From Antedon mediterranea (lineage: Eukaryota; Animalia; Echinodermata), in the NCBI RefSeq assembly GCF_964355755.1, contig NC_092671.1:20026001-20090000 (forward strand): 64,000 bases of DNA, in the 5' to 3' direction. A program made the position numbers and the translations under genes. Positions 39,330-52,900 of this stretch are shown piece after piece (position 1 is the first letter of the stretch; the number at the start of each line of letters is the position of its first letter). Under the pieces are notes generated by a model. It had not been told where the DNA came from. It searched no databases and saw nothing but the letters and a program-made list of their open reading frames with translations.

Positions 39330-39705
39330 AAGCGTCCCGAAAAAAAGACTGAGAGTAACAGAAAGGGCAATGGAAAGAGTACTAATAGGTGTCACAAAGA
39401 AAGATAAATTGTCAAATACAAATAAGATTAAAATTAGGAGTTCAGGACATAATAATCAGCATAAAATCAAAGAAATGGAGGTGGGCAGGACATCTGGCCA
39501 GGAGATATGACAACTGATGGACAGTCAGACTGACAAATTGGATTCCTAAAACAGAGGCAGAGGGAGACAAAAGATGATATGGACTAACAACACATGGTGG
39601 CATTGCATGACAAAGAGTAGCTAGAGACAGAATTGAATGGTCAAAAGGTTAATAGGCATTCGTCGTCCTGCAGTGGAAAGAAATAGGTTACAGAAGAAGA
39701 AGATA
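39330..39705 (+). mobile_element. RTE-clade LINE 3' fragment
   Basis: LRVTERAMERVLIGVTKKD...KKWRWAGHLARR...RGRGRQ and a short (GAA)n tail. Confidence 0.75.
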
Positions 39706-40209
39706 TAAGAGATTAAACAGCGGTTGCCAACGGAAATGTTTGGTCTAGTGGTAAAGGTTCTAACCTATTACACTGGAGCCCTTGCTTCGAGAACATTTTT
39801 TTTTTTTATAGTTGAGAGAGATTATTTAGAGAGTTAGGATTAGTATATTTAAAAAGTAGATCAGCTATCTTGCAATTCTTTATAATAGAAAATAATTAAG
39901 CTAATGAATTATTCATGATTTCTGCCTTCTGGGAAAAAAAATAATGCCTCCCGCTCTCCTGCTATAAAAAAAAACCATTTCTACTACTTTATAGACAGAT
40001 GGTAGAACATGCTAAGATCGGTCCGAAAGTTTATAATAAATGCATGCATTATTGACTTGGCACCGTTTTCCGCATTTGACACGTCTGACGTTTTAGCTAC
40101 CCTTAAACAGATGTTACAGACTTCTCCTATCCTTTCTTACTCGAATCCAGACACTGAATTCATTCTGGACACAGATGCTAGTAATTATGCATTAGGTGGT
40201 GTGTTGAAC

Positions 40210-40355
40210 CCCCAAATGCGAAAACAACCACAAATGTGAAAACGTATCACCCACAAATGGGAAAACAACCACAAATGTAAAAACGCATCACTCACAAATT
40301 AATGTGAAAACAGCGCCCACAAATGTGAAAACGATCATCGCCCACAAATGTAAAA
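40210..40355. repeat. CACAAATGTGAAAAC short tandem array (probable TIR subrepeats of a DNA transposon)
   Basis: ~7 copies of CAAATG(T/C/G)(G/A)AAA. Confidence 0.6.
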
Positions 40356-40477
40356 AAAATTCAAATCAAATTTATTGCTAGGTCCAAACAATTTTGATTG
40401 AGTTAATGTTAATGTATTTATACATTGTATTGAGTTGTTTCAATAAGTGTGTGTTCACGATACGTCTGAGTCGTCGT

Positions 40478-41000
40478 CGTTAACTCGTTGGATTATTACC
40501 ATTTGCTGCTCGTGCGCGCTATATTTGCATTGTTAACTCGTTGGTTTAATGTACGTAATAGTTCAAGACGATATTTGTTATTTGCTGCGCGCGTGCACGA
40601 TAATTCAAGGTCAAGGTCATACTATATCATTGTTGCTTGTAGTGTGTGGTTGTTAACTCGCTGGCTTACTATTATGTACATATAGTTCCAAGTCGATGTT
40701 CGATGTTTTTTGCGTGCGCACATGATACTACAAGGTCAAGGTTAAATTGCTACTTGTAATGTGTGGTTGTTAACTCGATGGCTTACTGTTATGTAGGCCT
40801 ACGTATAGTTCCAAGTCGATGTTCGTCGATGTTTTCTGCGCGCGCACACGATACTATAAGGTCAAGGTCATATATAATATTGCTACTTGTAGTGTTTGGT
40901 TAACTCGGTGACTTACTGTTATGTACGTATAGTTCCAAGTCGATGTTCGATGCTTTTGCGTGCGCACACAATACTACATTGTCATATATATACTATTGCT
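40478..41000. repeat. ~120-130-bp diverged tandem repeat (about 4 units)
   Basis: GTTAACTCG..GGCTTACTG/ATTATGTAC..ATAGTTCCAAGTCGATGTTCG..CAAGGTCAAGGT units. Confidence 0.75.
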
Positions 41001-41062
41001 ACTTGGCCTCAAATTCACCTGGACGTACGAGCACAAGAAAGTGTGGTATGTGCTAAACAAAA

Positions 41063-42240
41063 GATCACGAAACCTAAGATCACGAACGCTAAGACCCCCT
41101 AAGACCTAAGATCACGAAACCTAAGACCCAAGACCTAAGATTACTAATAGTTCTCTTTCGCCCCTGCCTCCCTACCACAACTTAGAATTAGATGAAAAAG
41201 AATCAATAAAATAACAATTAATTCTTTAAATAAATTATATTTTACAGACGTTTTTCTTATGCGAATTTCGCATACTCTGTGTTCAATATTTTGTTTCTAT
41301 GGAATGCCAAAAGAGCAACATTAATATAGGGTAAAAAACTATTGGAAATCCATCTATTTAACTAATTTTTTGGTGAAAATCATTTTCAATTTAATATATT
41401 TTGTCACTGTCAATACAAATAAAATGTTACCGTTGATAGTTTACACGGTTTCATTAACTTTAAGAATAGAATAGACAAATTCATCATATCCCTTTAGGTC
41501 GCCCTTATGACTAGGCCTAGGGTAAGTAGTGATGCTGATTTTAAGGTCGATTAATATTCTTTGAAAATAGAGAAGTATCAGCAGTAATATATTACAGCAT
41601 TTTTATTGACAAATTGACAAAATATATTGAACAAATTAAACCTGAATTTCACCAATAAATATATTAAATGTAGACGCATTCCTTCGAGTTTTTAGCCCTC
41701 TATTATTGTTGCGCTCCAAAGAAAAAAAAATTTAAAAGTTGAGTATTCGAAAGTGTGCAAGAAACACGTCTGTAAAATTACCAATTTTTATTTATAGATA
41801 ATACCAAGTATTTATTTGTTACTTTTTATGTGAATCTCTTTCATAAAAGTACTTATAAGGGCTAATTCTAAGGTGTATTAAAAATAAAGTTAGTTGACTT
41901 AATTTGGAGTCAAAATACAATGCAGGTGCGAAAGGGAAACAACCCCTGAAACCAACACAATGGAGTAAATATATATCAACCAACAAACAGTCCAGTTTGT
42001 TTGTTGTGAAACAAAGGTATATATTTACGCAATTGGGCGAAATTGTGAGTTTATTTCTGTTAGTGATAAGTATTTTAAAATTAAATTTATGGTAAAAAGC
42101 ATTAATAAATGAAACCTACTATGTTTAAAATTGTGTATAGATAAACAATTATTTTTTTGTAATTTTGTAATCTTAGGAGGTCTTGCGTCTCAGATTCCGT
42201 GATCTTAGGTATTAGGGGATCTTAGGTTTCGTGACACCTC
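41063..42240. mobile_element. Non-autonomous TIR element with CTAAGA subrepeats, inserted in the Gypsy integrase
   Basis: TCACGAAACCTAAGATC... vs ...GATCTTAGGTTTCGTGACACC; inner inverted similarity ~41240-41420 vs ~41600-41780. Confidence 0.65.
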
Positions 42241-42332
42241 CTCAACAGCAGTGCATGAACCAATGGAACAAGTGACAATGGACATTCTGGGGCCCCTGCC
42301 TCAGTCAACTATATGCAACAAGTACCTGCATT

Positions 42333-42605
42333 ATGTTGGACGTTCGACTACTGATGGTGAGATCAAGGTTTGAATCCAATTATCGCCGCATTGCTTGTAT
42401 ACTTAGTATAGATAATTTACTTACGTTTGCCTCTCTCCAGCCAGATGTTTACATGGGAACCCAGTTATATCTAGACACTGATTACTATAGCTGCATCATG
42501 GGAGCATGTTTCCATACGTGTTTAATCAGGAAAAAATGACTGGGGTAATAATGTTCAGCGCTTAGAGGTTTTACAACATTAGGATATTATTATCATTATT
42601 ATTAT
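42333..42605 (+). mobile_element. tRNA-derived SINE with Deu/Nin-like core and L2-type tail
   Basis: B-box-like GGTTTGAATCC; core TTTGCCTCTCTCCAGCCAGATGTTTACATGGGAACCC; tail CAGCGCTTAGAGG...(TTA)n. Confidence 0.65.
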
Positions 42606-43139
42606 CGTCATCGTCGTCATCATCGTCGTCGTCATCGTCATGGGGATAGTCATCGCCGTCGTCATCTTCATTTCATCATCATTATTTTTATTATGGAAGC
42701 TTATTCGATTTCTTATCAATGTGCGAACACAGTGGCTAACCAGTTTTTGGAGGAGTTCGTGCTTCAATACGAAGTACCTAAACAACTCCGACTAGTAGAA
42801 ACTTTGAGATGTGCAAATTGCTTAGCACCGACAAGACCAGAACGACGTTCTATAATCCGAAGTCCGATGGCAGAATTTAACGATTTAATCGGACACTAGT
42901 CACGGATGTGGTAGAATTCATGACGCAGCGGTCCTTCAGAGGCAGTGGTCGTTCAATAGAAGTGGTCATATTACCTTACGAGAGATGGTCGATTATTAAA
43001 AGCTGTCCCTTAACAGAGATGGTTGCTTACGATGTGTGTTCGTTTTAGAAAGTTGGTTGCTTACGAGAGGTGGAAAGATAACTAAGTAAAGATCGATGCA
43101 TTTGCACATGATTTAGACATTTTTGTAAAATATATAATA

Positions 43140-43366
43140 TTTTCTACATTAGCTGGCGATAGTAACTACATAAGCTGGGAGGCAATTTTTGTTACTACAT
43201 AAGCTGTTGACCGTTTCTAAATTAGCGGGTGTTGATTTTTATTTACTACATAAGCTGTTGGTGTTTCTACATAAGCTGGAGGTTTTACTACATAAGCGGT
43301 GGATTGTTCTACATTAACGGTTGTTTCGACATTAGCTGGCGTTTTCTACATTAGCGGTTGTAACAA
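43140..43366. repeat. CTACAT(A/T)AGC subrepeat array ending TGTAACA (probable transposon end)
   Basis: ~10 copies of CTACATAAGC/CTACATTAGC. Confidence 0.6.
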
Positions 43367-43991
43367 GCACATTCCATACCTCTTTTTAAGCAATTGTTGA
43401 TTTTAGATGTTTTTAGTATGAGTTGCATGAATTGCTTACATTTATCAACGAATTATTTTATTCTAGATTATCGCAGGGTGTTAAACAATACTTTCCCCTA
43501 ATACAATAGCAAGAAAATGAGAAAAAAAATAATAATAACGATTCATATTATTGAAAGTTAAAAAATAATGTCAGCTGTACTGCATTAAACTATAATAATA
43601 ATATTAAGTGCAATAAGATTGCAACACGTAAAAGACGACGAGTTCTTTTAAACTGCGCCAAAAATATGGCTGTGGCGGGGGCCTTTCTAAACCGGTCAAG
43701 CACCTCAATATACACCCACTTTCTGATGTACTTTTTAAGAAGTTTTAATTAAGGTAACATTAAATGAAAACCTTGTTTTTGTCATTAGTACATGCTTCGT
43801 AATTCTTCCACTAAATATAAAATTGCTTTGTAGGCCTAATTCTTTCAAGTATTCGACTTTTCTTCCTGTTTTTATCTTCTCTTTTCTTTCAGATAATAAT
43901 GTTGCTTGGACCACACGTTAGATCTTTCCTTTCCATGGGTTACAGTTTTAAATTCACGAAATGAACAACGTTGCAAATAGATTATGAAGAC

Positions 43992-46900
43992 TTAAACACT
44001 AGTTATATCTTGACCTGCCCCGTCCATTTTGACAACCGAATCGTCTACTACTGAACTTGATTTTTCTTCAACAATATAATTTCCCTTTCTCCATTCCCTG
44101 TAAAACATATGTTCAAAGTTAATGACATGCCATATGAGATCGCTAATGATGTTAAAAAGGGCATAATACTTACTTTTGAAACAAAAAATCTATTCATGTC
44201 TTTTCATCTCATTTATAATTTTATAAAAGCAATTACGTTACCATTTTCCAAGTAAAATTATTTTTCATTATAATAACACTATTAGGTCTAATTCAAATGC
44301 TAATGAATAAATAAGTGGGCAGAGTGGATTTGCACATAACGTCAAAGAAGGTCGTGTAAAAAAATATTGATTAATGTCACTTTTTCGACTAAAACCTCAA
44401 ATCATTTTCAACATACATTCAAAAACGATTTGCTAAATCAGGTATCTCTTATCCAACGTACTGTAATGAAAATATATATATATAAGGTGTCTTCCTGCTT
44501 TCTGTGGATTCATATCATTCATGCGAAATCTCAGTTTTAATATTTGAATATCAACACAATTGTCCTGCATTTTGTGAAATGTAAGGTACGGTATGGTACA
44601 GTAACATATACGACAGCGCCTGTGATGATGATAATAAACAACAATGAAACTTCCTTTAAAATGTCGATACATACCGGAAATAACCCAACGTAATGACACT
44701 TGCAACAAGAAAAGCTAATCCAGCTCCGATTGTTAAATATACCCAGTATTCGTGTATCCAAATCTGAAACAAATTATATTTTGCGATTTTCAAAACAATA
44801 ATCAACACTACGTCATGTTTTATGGAGGTTTAATGGCAATAATCAATGTCTATTTAGGCCTACCTTTGTATGATGTGTTTCACTCGTATTTAGTTCTTCA
44901 TCATATCCATCAAGGTAATAGGGCCTCAGTGCCATATGTAACTGTTCTGTTGGTACCTTTTCTAAAAATTCACGTATTTTTTCTGCTGGTATTACGGTAT
45001 TGTTAATACGTGTGACAAGTAGGAAGCTGCCATATAATTAATAATATATAATATTATTATTTGCATTATTAAAAAAAAGCAGAAATGTTCATATATGAAG
45101 TATGGGACATTGTACGTACTTTGATTGGCCGTCTGAGTTGGATGACGCCATTGGGATGAACTCTACATCAATGTTGACCATGGTTTTCTCTTCTTGTAAA
45201 ATTATTTGAATCAATGATATCACACGATGCTTAACATCAGTTTTATCAAACGTTGCACCGTCATTAGAATTAACCTTAATGCCATCCTCCCCAGCATCTT
45301 CGATAACAAAATAAATCAATAAGTAGGGCTAAATTAAACGTATAAGAAATAATAATACTTAACGGATTTAATTTTTCTTAAATTCAGAGAAAACTCGCAT
45401 CAATTATTACACATCGTCAATGTTTTTTATAGAAGAATCTTGCAGGGCTAAAGTTATATTAGGGGTGATTGATTTAGAGATTATAAAGGCAGATATTTTG
45501 TTCTGTTGAATCAAACCACAATGTTATTATTACCGTATAATTATTATAATAGTACCTATCTGACAATCACTACCGTAGAACCCATCTCGACACCGGCACT
45601 TGTATCCATTTCCAAAATTGAGACAGACACCTCCATGAAGACAGTTATTCTTTGAGCAATAATTGCACATGTCTCTTTCGTATCCATCTTCACATAGACA
45701 GCCATAACTAGCAACACTATCGTGACAGGATCCTCCATTCAAACACGTTACATCAGCACATTCATCAATATCATTGTCACAATTACGACCATCGTAACCG
45801 TCTGAACATTCGCAGCGATAACCTAATGTTTCACTAATGCATTGTCCATGATAACAAGGGTTACTGAAGCAATGATTGACTTCTTCGCAATTAATGCCAC
45901 TATACCCAATGCCACATTTACATGTATACTTATTTTTTCGATTTCGGCATGTCCCATTATTTTTACATGGACTACTAACACATTTGCTAATTTCAAACTG
46001 ACAATTTGTTCCATAATACCCAGGGCCGCAAATACAATTGTACCCATTAACTGTATCATTACATTGTGCCTGATTATCACACGGATTTGATTCACATTCG
46101 TCAATTTCAAACTGACAATTTGTTCCATAATACCCAGGGACGCAAACACAATTGAACCCATTAACTGTATCATTACATAGTGCTTGATTATTACACGGAT
46201 TTGATTCGCATTCGTTAATTTCAAACTGACAATTTGTTCCATAATACCCAGGGACGCAAACACAATTGTACCCATTAACTGTATCATTACATAGTGCTTG
46301 ATTATCACACGGATTTGATTCACATTCGTTAATTTCTAACTGACAATTTGTTCCATAATACCCAGGGACGCAAACACAATTGTATCCATTAACTGTATCA
46401 TTACATAGTGCTTGATTATAACACGGATTTGATTCACATTCGTCAATTTCAAACTGACAATTTTGTCCATAATACCCAGGGACGCAAACACAATTGTACC
46501 CATTAACTGTATCATTACATAGTGCTTGATTATTACACGGATTTGATTCGCATTCGTTAATTTCAAACTGACAATTTTGTCCATAATACCCAGGGACGCA
46601 AACACAATTGTACCCATTAACTGTATCATTACATAGTGCTTGATTATCACACGGATTTGATTCGCATTCGTTAATTTCAAACTGACAATTTGTTCCATAA
46701 TACCCAGGGACGCAAACACAATTGTACCCATTAACTGTATCATTACATTGTGCTTGATTATCACACGGATTTGATTCACATTCGTTAATTTCAAACTGAC
46801 AATTTTGTCCATAATACCCAGGGACGCAAACACAATTGTACCCATTAACTGTATCATTACATTGTGCTTGATTATCACACGGATTTGATTCACATTCGTC

Positions 46901-49900
46901 AATTTCAAACTGACAATTTGTTCCATAATACCCAGGGACGCAAACACAATTGTACCCATTAACTGTATCATTACATTGTGCCTGATTATCACACGGATTT
47001 GATTCACATTCGTCAATTTCAAACTGACAATTTCTTCCATAATACCCAGGGACGCAAACACAATTGTACCCATTAACTGTATCATTACATAGTGCTTGAT
47101 TATCACACGGATTTGAGTCACATTCGTAAATTTCAAACTGACAATTTGTTCCATAATACCCAGGGACGCAAACACAATTGTACCCATTAACTGTATCATT
47201 ACATAGTGCTTGATTATCACACGGATTTGATTCGCATTCGTCAATTTCAGACTGACAATTTTTCCCATTAAATCCATCAATGCAATTACATGTATAATCT
47301 CCAATGCCGTCAATACACGGGGCGTTATTAAAGCAAGGTCTACTAGCACATTCGTTTATGTTATTACCACAGTCTTTTCCTGAATATCCGGTTGTACATT
47401 CGCAGTTAAAATTGTTTACCAAATCATTGCATGTGGCCCCGTGAAGGCACGGTGAATTTTCGCATTCGTTTATATCGTTTTCGCACAAAAGTCCGTCGAA
47501 ACCCTTTGAACAATTACACGTGAAATGGTCACGTCCGTTGACACAGACACTGTTGGAATTACAAGGATTACTTTCACATTCGTCAACATCATGCTCACAC
47601 ATGGGCCCATAGTAACCACCAATGCAATCACAGCGAAATTCAGCGATCAAATTGATACACTGGCCTGAATGTATACACGGGTTGCTGTTACATTCATTGA
47701 TTTCTAATTCACAGAACTCGCCCGTGTATCCAGATGTACAATTACAATGGAATCCGTTTAAGATATCCTGACAACTTCCTCCATATTGGCATGGTAAACT
47801 TGAACACTCGCTTATTTCCTTTTCACAGTGTAATCCTATAAAATTATATTTTAACATCAGCAGAAACACAGCAAATGACAGTCAATTAAGATTTATTTAA
47901 ACACAATATATTCGATTTTAGCAGCAAAATGGGGTTAGTCAAATCATGGAGTAATTAATACTCTATGGTCAAATACGGGGTTAGTAAAATATTTTTATAA
48001 TTATTAATATTGACATCTTAAATATCTGTACCAGATAGACCTATAAGCAAGTTACTCAATACCTTTTGTTCCGTTTTCACATTTGCATTTGAAGCCATCC
48101 GTTTGACTGATACACTCAGCATCGTGTTTACACGGGTTTGGGGAGCAATGATCAACACTTTCTAGACAATCCAATCCGGCGAATCCCGCAGAGCAAATCT
48201 TCTTTCCAGACAACTTGTCACATCTGTAATTATCAGTCTCTGGTGGTTCACATGATATATTACAACGTGAGGTGTAATAGTTATCATCACAGTAAACGTT
48301 AGCATCAAATTCAATTCTAAAATAATAACAACTTTAATTCTTAATAGTATTAATTTTATGTCGGAATTCCATGTGGAATTTCTCTTGTGGGAGTCACTCT
48401 GCGCCATCACACTCGCACGCCCTCGTGTGTTGTTGTTGCAGTGCGCCACCTTGCGCCCTATCGAGTGAAATTGTTGTCGCCATGTGCGCCACCAGAGCCA
48501 TATATATGGCTCTGTGCGCCACCACACTCGCACGCCCTCGTGTGTTGTTGTTGTGCGCCACCTTGCGCCCTATCGAGTGACATTGTTGTCGCCATGTGTG
48601 TGTTGGTTCTAGCAAAGATAGTGTAGTAGGCCTATAGTGTCGATTGATATTATTTTGGTTTGTTTATTAAAAGTGTTCATATCTCCGTGAAGTTGATTAG
48701 TCTTTATTGCCGCTGAACCTATAATAGTTGTAACTATATATTGAAGATGTTGAATTACGATGTTACTATTAAGTTTAGTTTTAGATTTATCTATTTGCGA
48801 TTACAAACAAATTTAGGTTAATCGATTCGCTCCGATGCTGAAACATAGAATAGGCCTACCCGCACAAAACACGAGAATGCTTTGTATTCACAATAATTGT
48901 TTTTAATTGCCGAAAACCGGTTAATACAGCAAAAACGACAAAAATACTATTTTTAAATCAAGTGTAGCTTCTCAATAAATTTCAAGACAAGTTTGCAATT
49001 CAGTTTTTTTATTGCGGTTCCTCATCGAACGCGTTCACACCAAGCCCGGATCCGGTCCGGTGGCCGGAGAAAAATTCGTGGAATAGGTTAAAGAATAGAA
49101 GCGTTCACATCAAATCCGTTTGAATTTTGTACGAATTTTCTCCGGTAGACGGATTCGGATTGATGGATTTGGAAGCCATTTAATTTGTAAAATCGTACGG
49201 ATTTTCTTCTCTACCTAGGCCTACATAATTGCGTCTAATGTTTCTATGCAACCTAAAAACAGACGACATAGGCCTACCTACACCCGTTAGGCGCGCTACG
49301 CAATTTGTCCCCTTTTTGCGCCACATTCAGCCTACTAAATAATTATTAACGACAGGCCTAGGTTATTACTGAAATACACCGGGCGTGAAGTGAAGTTGGT
49401 TACTTTTACCTTATTCGATATTCAAATTTTCCTTAATTTAAGGCCTAGGCTATCCTAATTAACTTTATTTAACAGCCTACTGTTATGTTACAATTATAAT
49501 ATTATTTAGGCCTATTATTATTATTATGGCTACTAGGCCTAGGCTATACTAGGCGTTAGGCCAGTGCTATGCTAGCCTAGGCCTAGTTGGAATTGTTTAC
49601 ATGTTTTACTGTACTGACCAGTTATGTTTTTTTATAGAAAAATGGACGATCAAACGATAGAACGTCTTATTACTTATGGAACAAAATTCATTACTATATG
49701 ATTTAAGTGACAAGGGGTACAAAAAATCAAGAAGAAAACTAGATGTGTGGAATGAAATTGCATCTAAAGTAAGATTGGAGTCTGGTAAGTATCACAGCCT
49801 ACTTTACTTGTTGTCATGCTTTTTCGCTGTTGCACCCTGTCTACAATTCCTGAAAGGATTAGGTTATCTTCATACATTAATTCTTCTATTTAAAAAAAAG

Positions 49901-52900
49901 TATAAATTACAAAAACAAAAACACAAAGTGGGAAACGACTTCGGGGTAAATGCCACAAATATAAATGGGCCGATCAAAAGCAATTTTTAAATTTATTTTT
50001 GTTACCACTAGGAGGTAAGGTATTATATTAATACAATTCTTCAACATGAAGTTAATTTGTTCTTGTCTATTTTCGTATAATTTACTGGTAGAGATTGGCA
50101 AGACTTTACCTACAACCTTGCACATTCAAACATGATGCTGAAGCTGCCAAAAATATAACTGTATTTTGTGTCTCAGAGCAAACACAATTTCTATGTATAT
50201 ATTTTGTTTTACTGTATATGCAAATGACAATAAATAATGAATAATGATTTCCGCTAATGAAATGAAATACTTCACTTTAGAGTTGGTCTCTACATTGGCA
50301 GCAGCTACTTAATTTTGTAATTCACATTTATTTACTCATCGTTTATAAATACAGTTTCATAGCATAAATGATGGCAAGGATCCTGCATAGAGAAGTTTAC
50401 ACTTCTGTTTTCGCAGGACCCTTTTACATAAAAAACATAAAACAATAAACACAACATAATAGATACAAAATTTTCAAAAACATTTCCTATATACATTTTA
50501 GAGTTGTTCATCATCAAAAAGCATTAGTGTTTTTATAATATCATTATTTATACATTTTTTGTAATGGGTGTTTGGTTTGAGATAAAGAAACTTTACCATA
50601 TACTGGATCGTCGCTTTCTGGGCCTCAGTTTTACCGAATTCCACAAGTTTTAAATTGAATCGGTTTACTTTTTTCAGCTTTACATTTGTAGACATTACGC
50701 CACCATCTATCTTGTAAATTGAATGAAAGCTTTGCCACAATACTATAGCAAAGTCAACTAACGACTTCGGATCATCCGAACGGATCACAGGCCACTGGAA
50801 CAGATTCTTGATGAAGGTTTAGTGACATCATGGATTAAAGAATCGACGTGAGATCAATGGTTCCTTGACTCTCGCCGACAGACCGCGGACCGCCCACAAT
50901 GTTATCAGTTTAATTAATTAACCGCATGGTAACAACGAAACGGTCGCGTGCCTAATATATTGTTTACTGCACATGTGCAACGATATTTAACCTTGTTGGC
51001 TACGCTTCTTTCGCGCGTTCTTTGGTGGCATGATGTTTTAGCGCTAGCAACAATGGCGACGAACAATTTATACGACGACGAATTTAGTTATAACCTTTCT
51101 GATGAGGAATTGTAGATGCTATAATTGTAATTAGTATAGGTTTCTGCCGCGATTGATCTACGCTAATGTTTTTACAATAACTATTTGTTGTCTCAGCCTA
51201 GGCCTACATGTAAAATTACAAAATCAGCAAGGATACTAGGCCTAGGCCTTCTAGGCTTACCATATGATTTGCCGACATTGATACTTCGTAGGTAGGCCTA
51301 GGCTAATCTTAAGTGTAGTAGATACAACGTGTAATCATGATCTATATACTCACCGTTGTCTTACTTCTTGTGTGAATAATAATAGGTACTGTACTTCGTT
51401 TGTTCGTGATTAAGTTTGCCCTGCGTGTACTTTTTAAAACGACCGCTAGGTAACGAATCGCAACTATACATAGCCAGCCAATCCCGGATCATGGATCGCT
51501 GTTTTCATTCAATTAGACCCGGTGATTGGATGTGATGTGGATGACATAACCACTAGCCAATCACCAGGCACTACAATTTAAATATAATCACATCGATAAT
51601 TAAGGAGATTTATGAAGAAACCACTGCTTAGCCATATATTAAAAACACGATTGTTGTATGAGTGAACACCGGCCACGCTAACAACATACATGGTCAAATG
51701 CATAATTTAATATTCTATAGATTAACGCAATTTTTAATGACAGAAGATGGCAGGCAAATAATGATAATTCAAATATAAAAATTGCATATTTTATTAATAT
51801 TACCAACTACTTAAAATTACCAGTCGTAAGAAAGTGAACTTTTCGTAGTCCGATTGTGATGAAACTAAAACAGAATTATTCAGCAATATATTTTTGTTGT
51901 CAATTAATCATCGACGCAGACATGTCAATAGAACATTCAGACTGCGCATACGATTTCTACATGGTTACGTTTTGGTCTCAAAAAATGTAACAGTTGATTC
52001 GCAGCGTTTTACAGAGGGCCACGGTTAGAGACACGGAGTTCAATGAGCGTGTTTGTTTGATTGGCAACAGTGCTTTAGTATAGGCAAGCGCGTCGTAAAA
52101 TCGTTTGATGTCACCGTCGATGCATATCCTTCTATTCTTTAATCCATGGTGACATCAGCCGTTTTCACCGGAATGAAGAAATAAAGACCAATGTATGGTG
52201 AGAGAGAAGGAGAGCTTTAATTCTAAACATAACCATTATATACAAATTGTCTTACGCAGCAAACAAATGTCAAAAAGGAACTAATTATACATCATATAAA
52301 TATCAGATTGTGCATATAAAAATTAATATAAGGCTTTACTTCTTTAACAAAATATCAGTTTAGGTCACTACAGTAGCTCCCCTCTACTGAGATTCGGCAG
52401 AAAGGAACGAAAATAAAGTTTATAAATAAGTTAAACGTCTTGGGTAGTGAACCTATCTCCCTGAACGTGTTGGCTGGTCTGGTAACAGAAATACAGAGTA
52501 CTCAAAATACGCGACTTTCAGTCGATCAATAGAAATGACGTCTTCTCGGCCATTCCTGTCAATGGTAAAATGCTTATCATCCCTGCGTACAACACGATAT
52601 TGAAGTTGCAGTGGTTTGCGAACAGCATCAGTACAAACAAACATGAGCCTAAGTTAGATGGTATATTTGATGTACGAATACCTGGTCGTGGTGAAACAGG
52701 ACGCAATGATCCCATGGTAATTTTCAGACGGTGAACGTAGTTCGCTACATCCAATGAACTTGAAGAGTGTTGAGTCCACAAATTGAGCTGGCAAGCGCAA
52801 TGTAGTTCCATAGACCAATTCAGCCGAGGAGTGTCCTATATCAGCGTTGATGGTAGTGCGAATAGATAGTAGAATTAACGGTAAACTTTCTGTCCACCTC

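Larger units (their letters stand above)
40090..42900 (+). mobile_element. Fragmented Gypsy pol (RNase H to integrase) with nested insertions
   Basis: PILSYSNPDTEFILDTDASNYALGGVL (40130-40205), PQIHLDVR..VVCAKQK (~41005-41062), MDILGPLP (~42278), MEAYSISYQCANTVA..FVLQYEVP (42693+). Confidence 0.75.

Noticed and set aside
39732-39792. tRNA gene
   Set aside because: Only degenerate A/B-box-like motifs and no complete cloverleaf; more likely a SINE head.
42579-42785. ORF with MTTTMMT repeats
   Set aside because: Translation of a (TCG/TCA)n microsatellite following the SINE tail.
45823-47349. 337-aa and 166-aa repetitive ORFs ([20 protein letters not shown])
   Set aside because: Alternative frame of the 114-bp EGF tandem array, open only because the unit lacks a stop in that frame.
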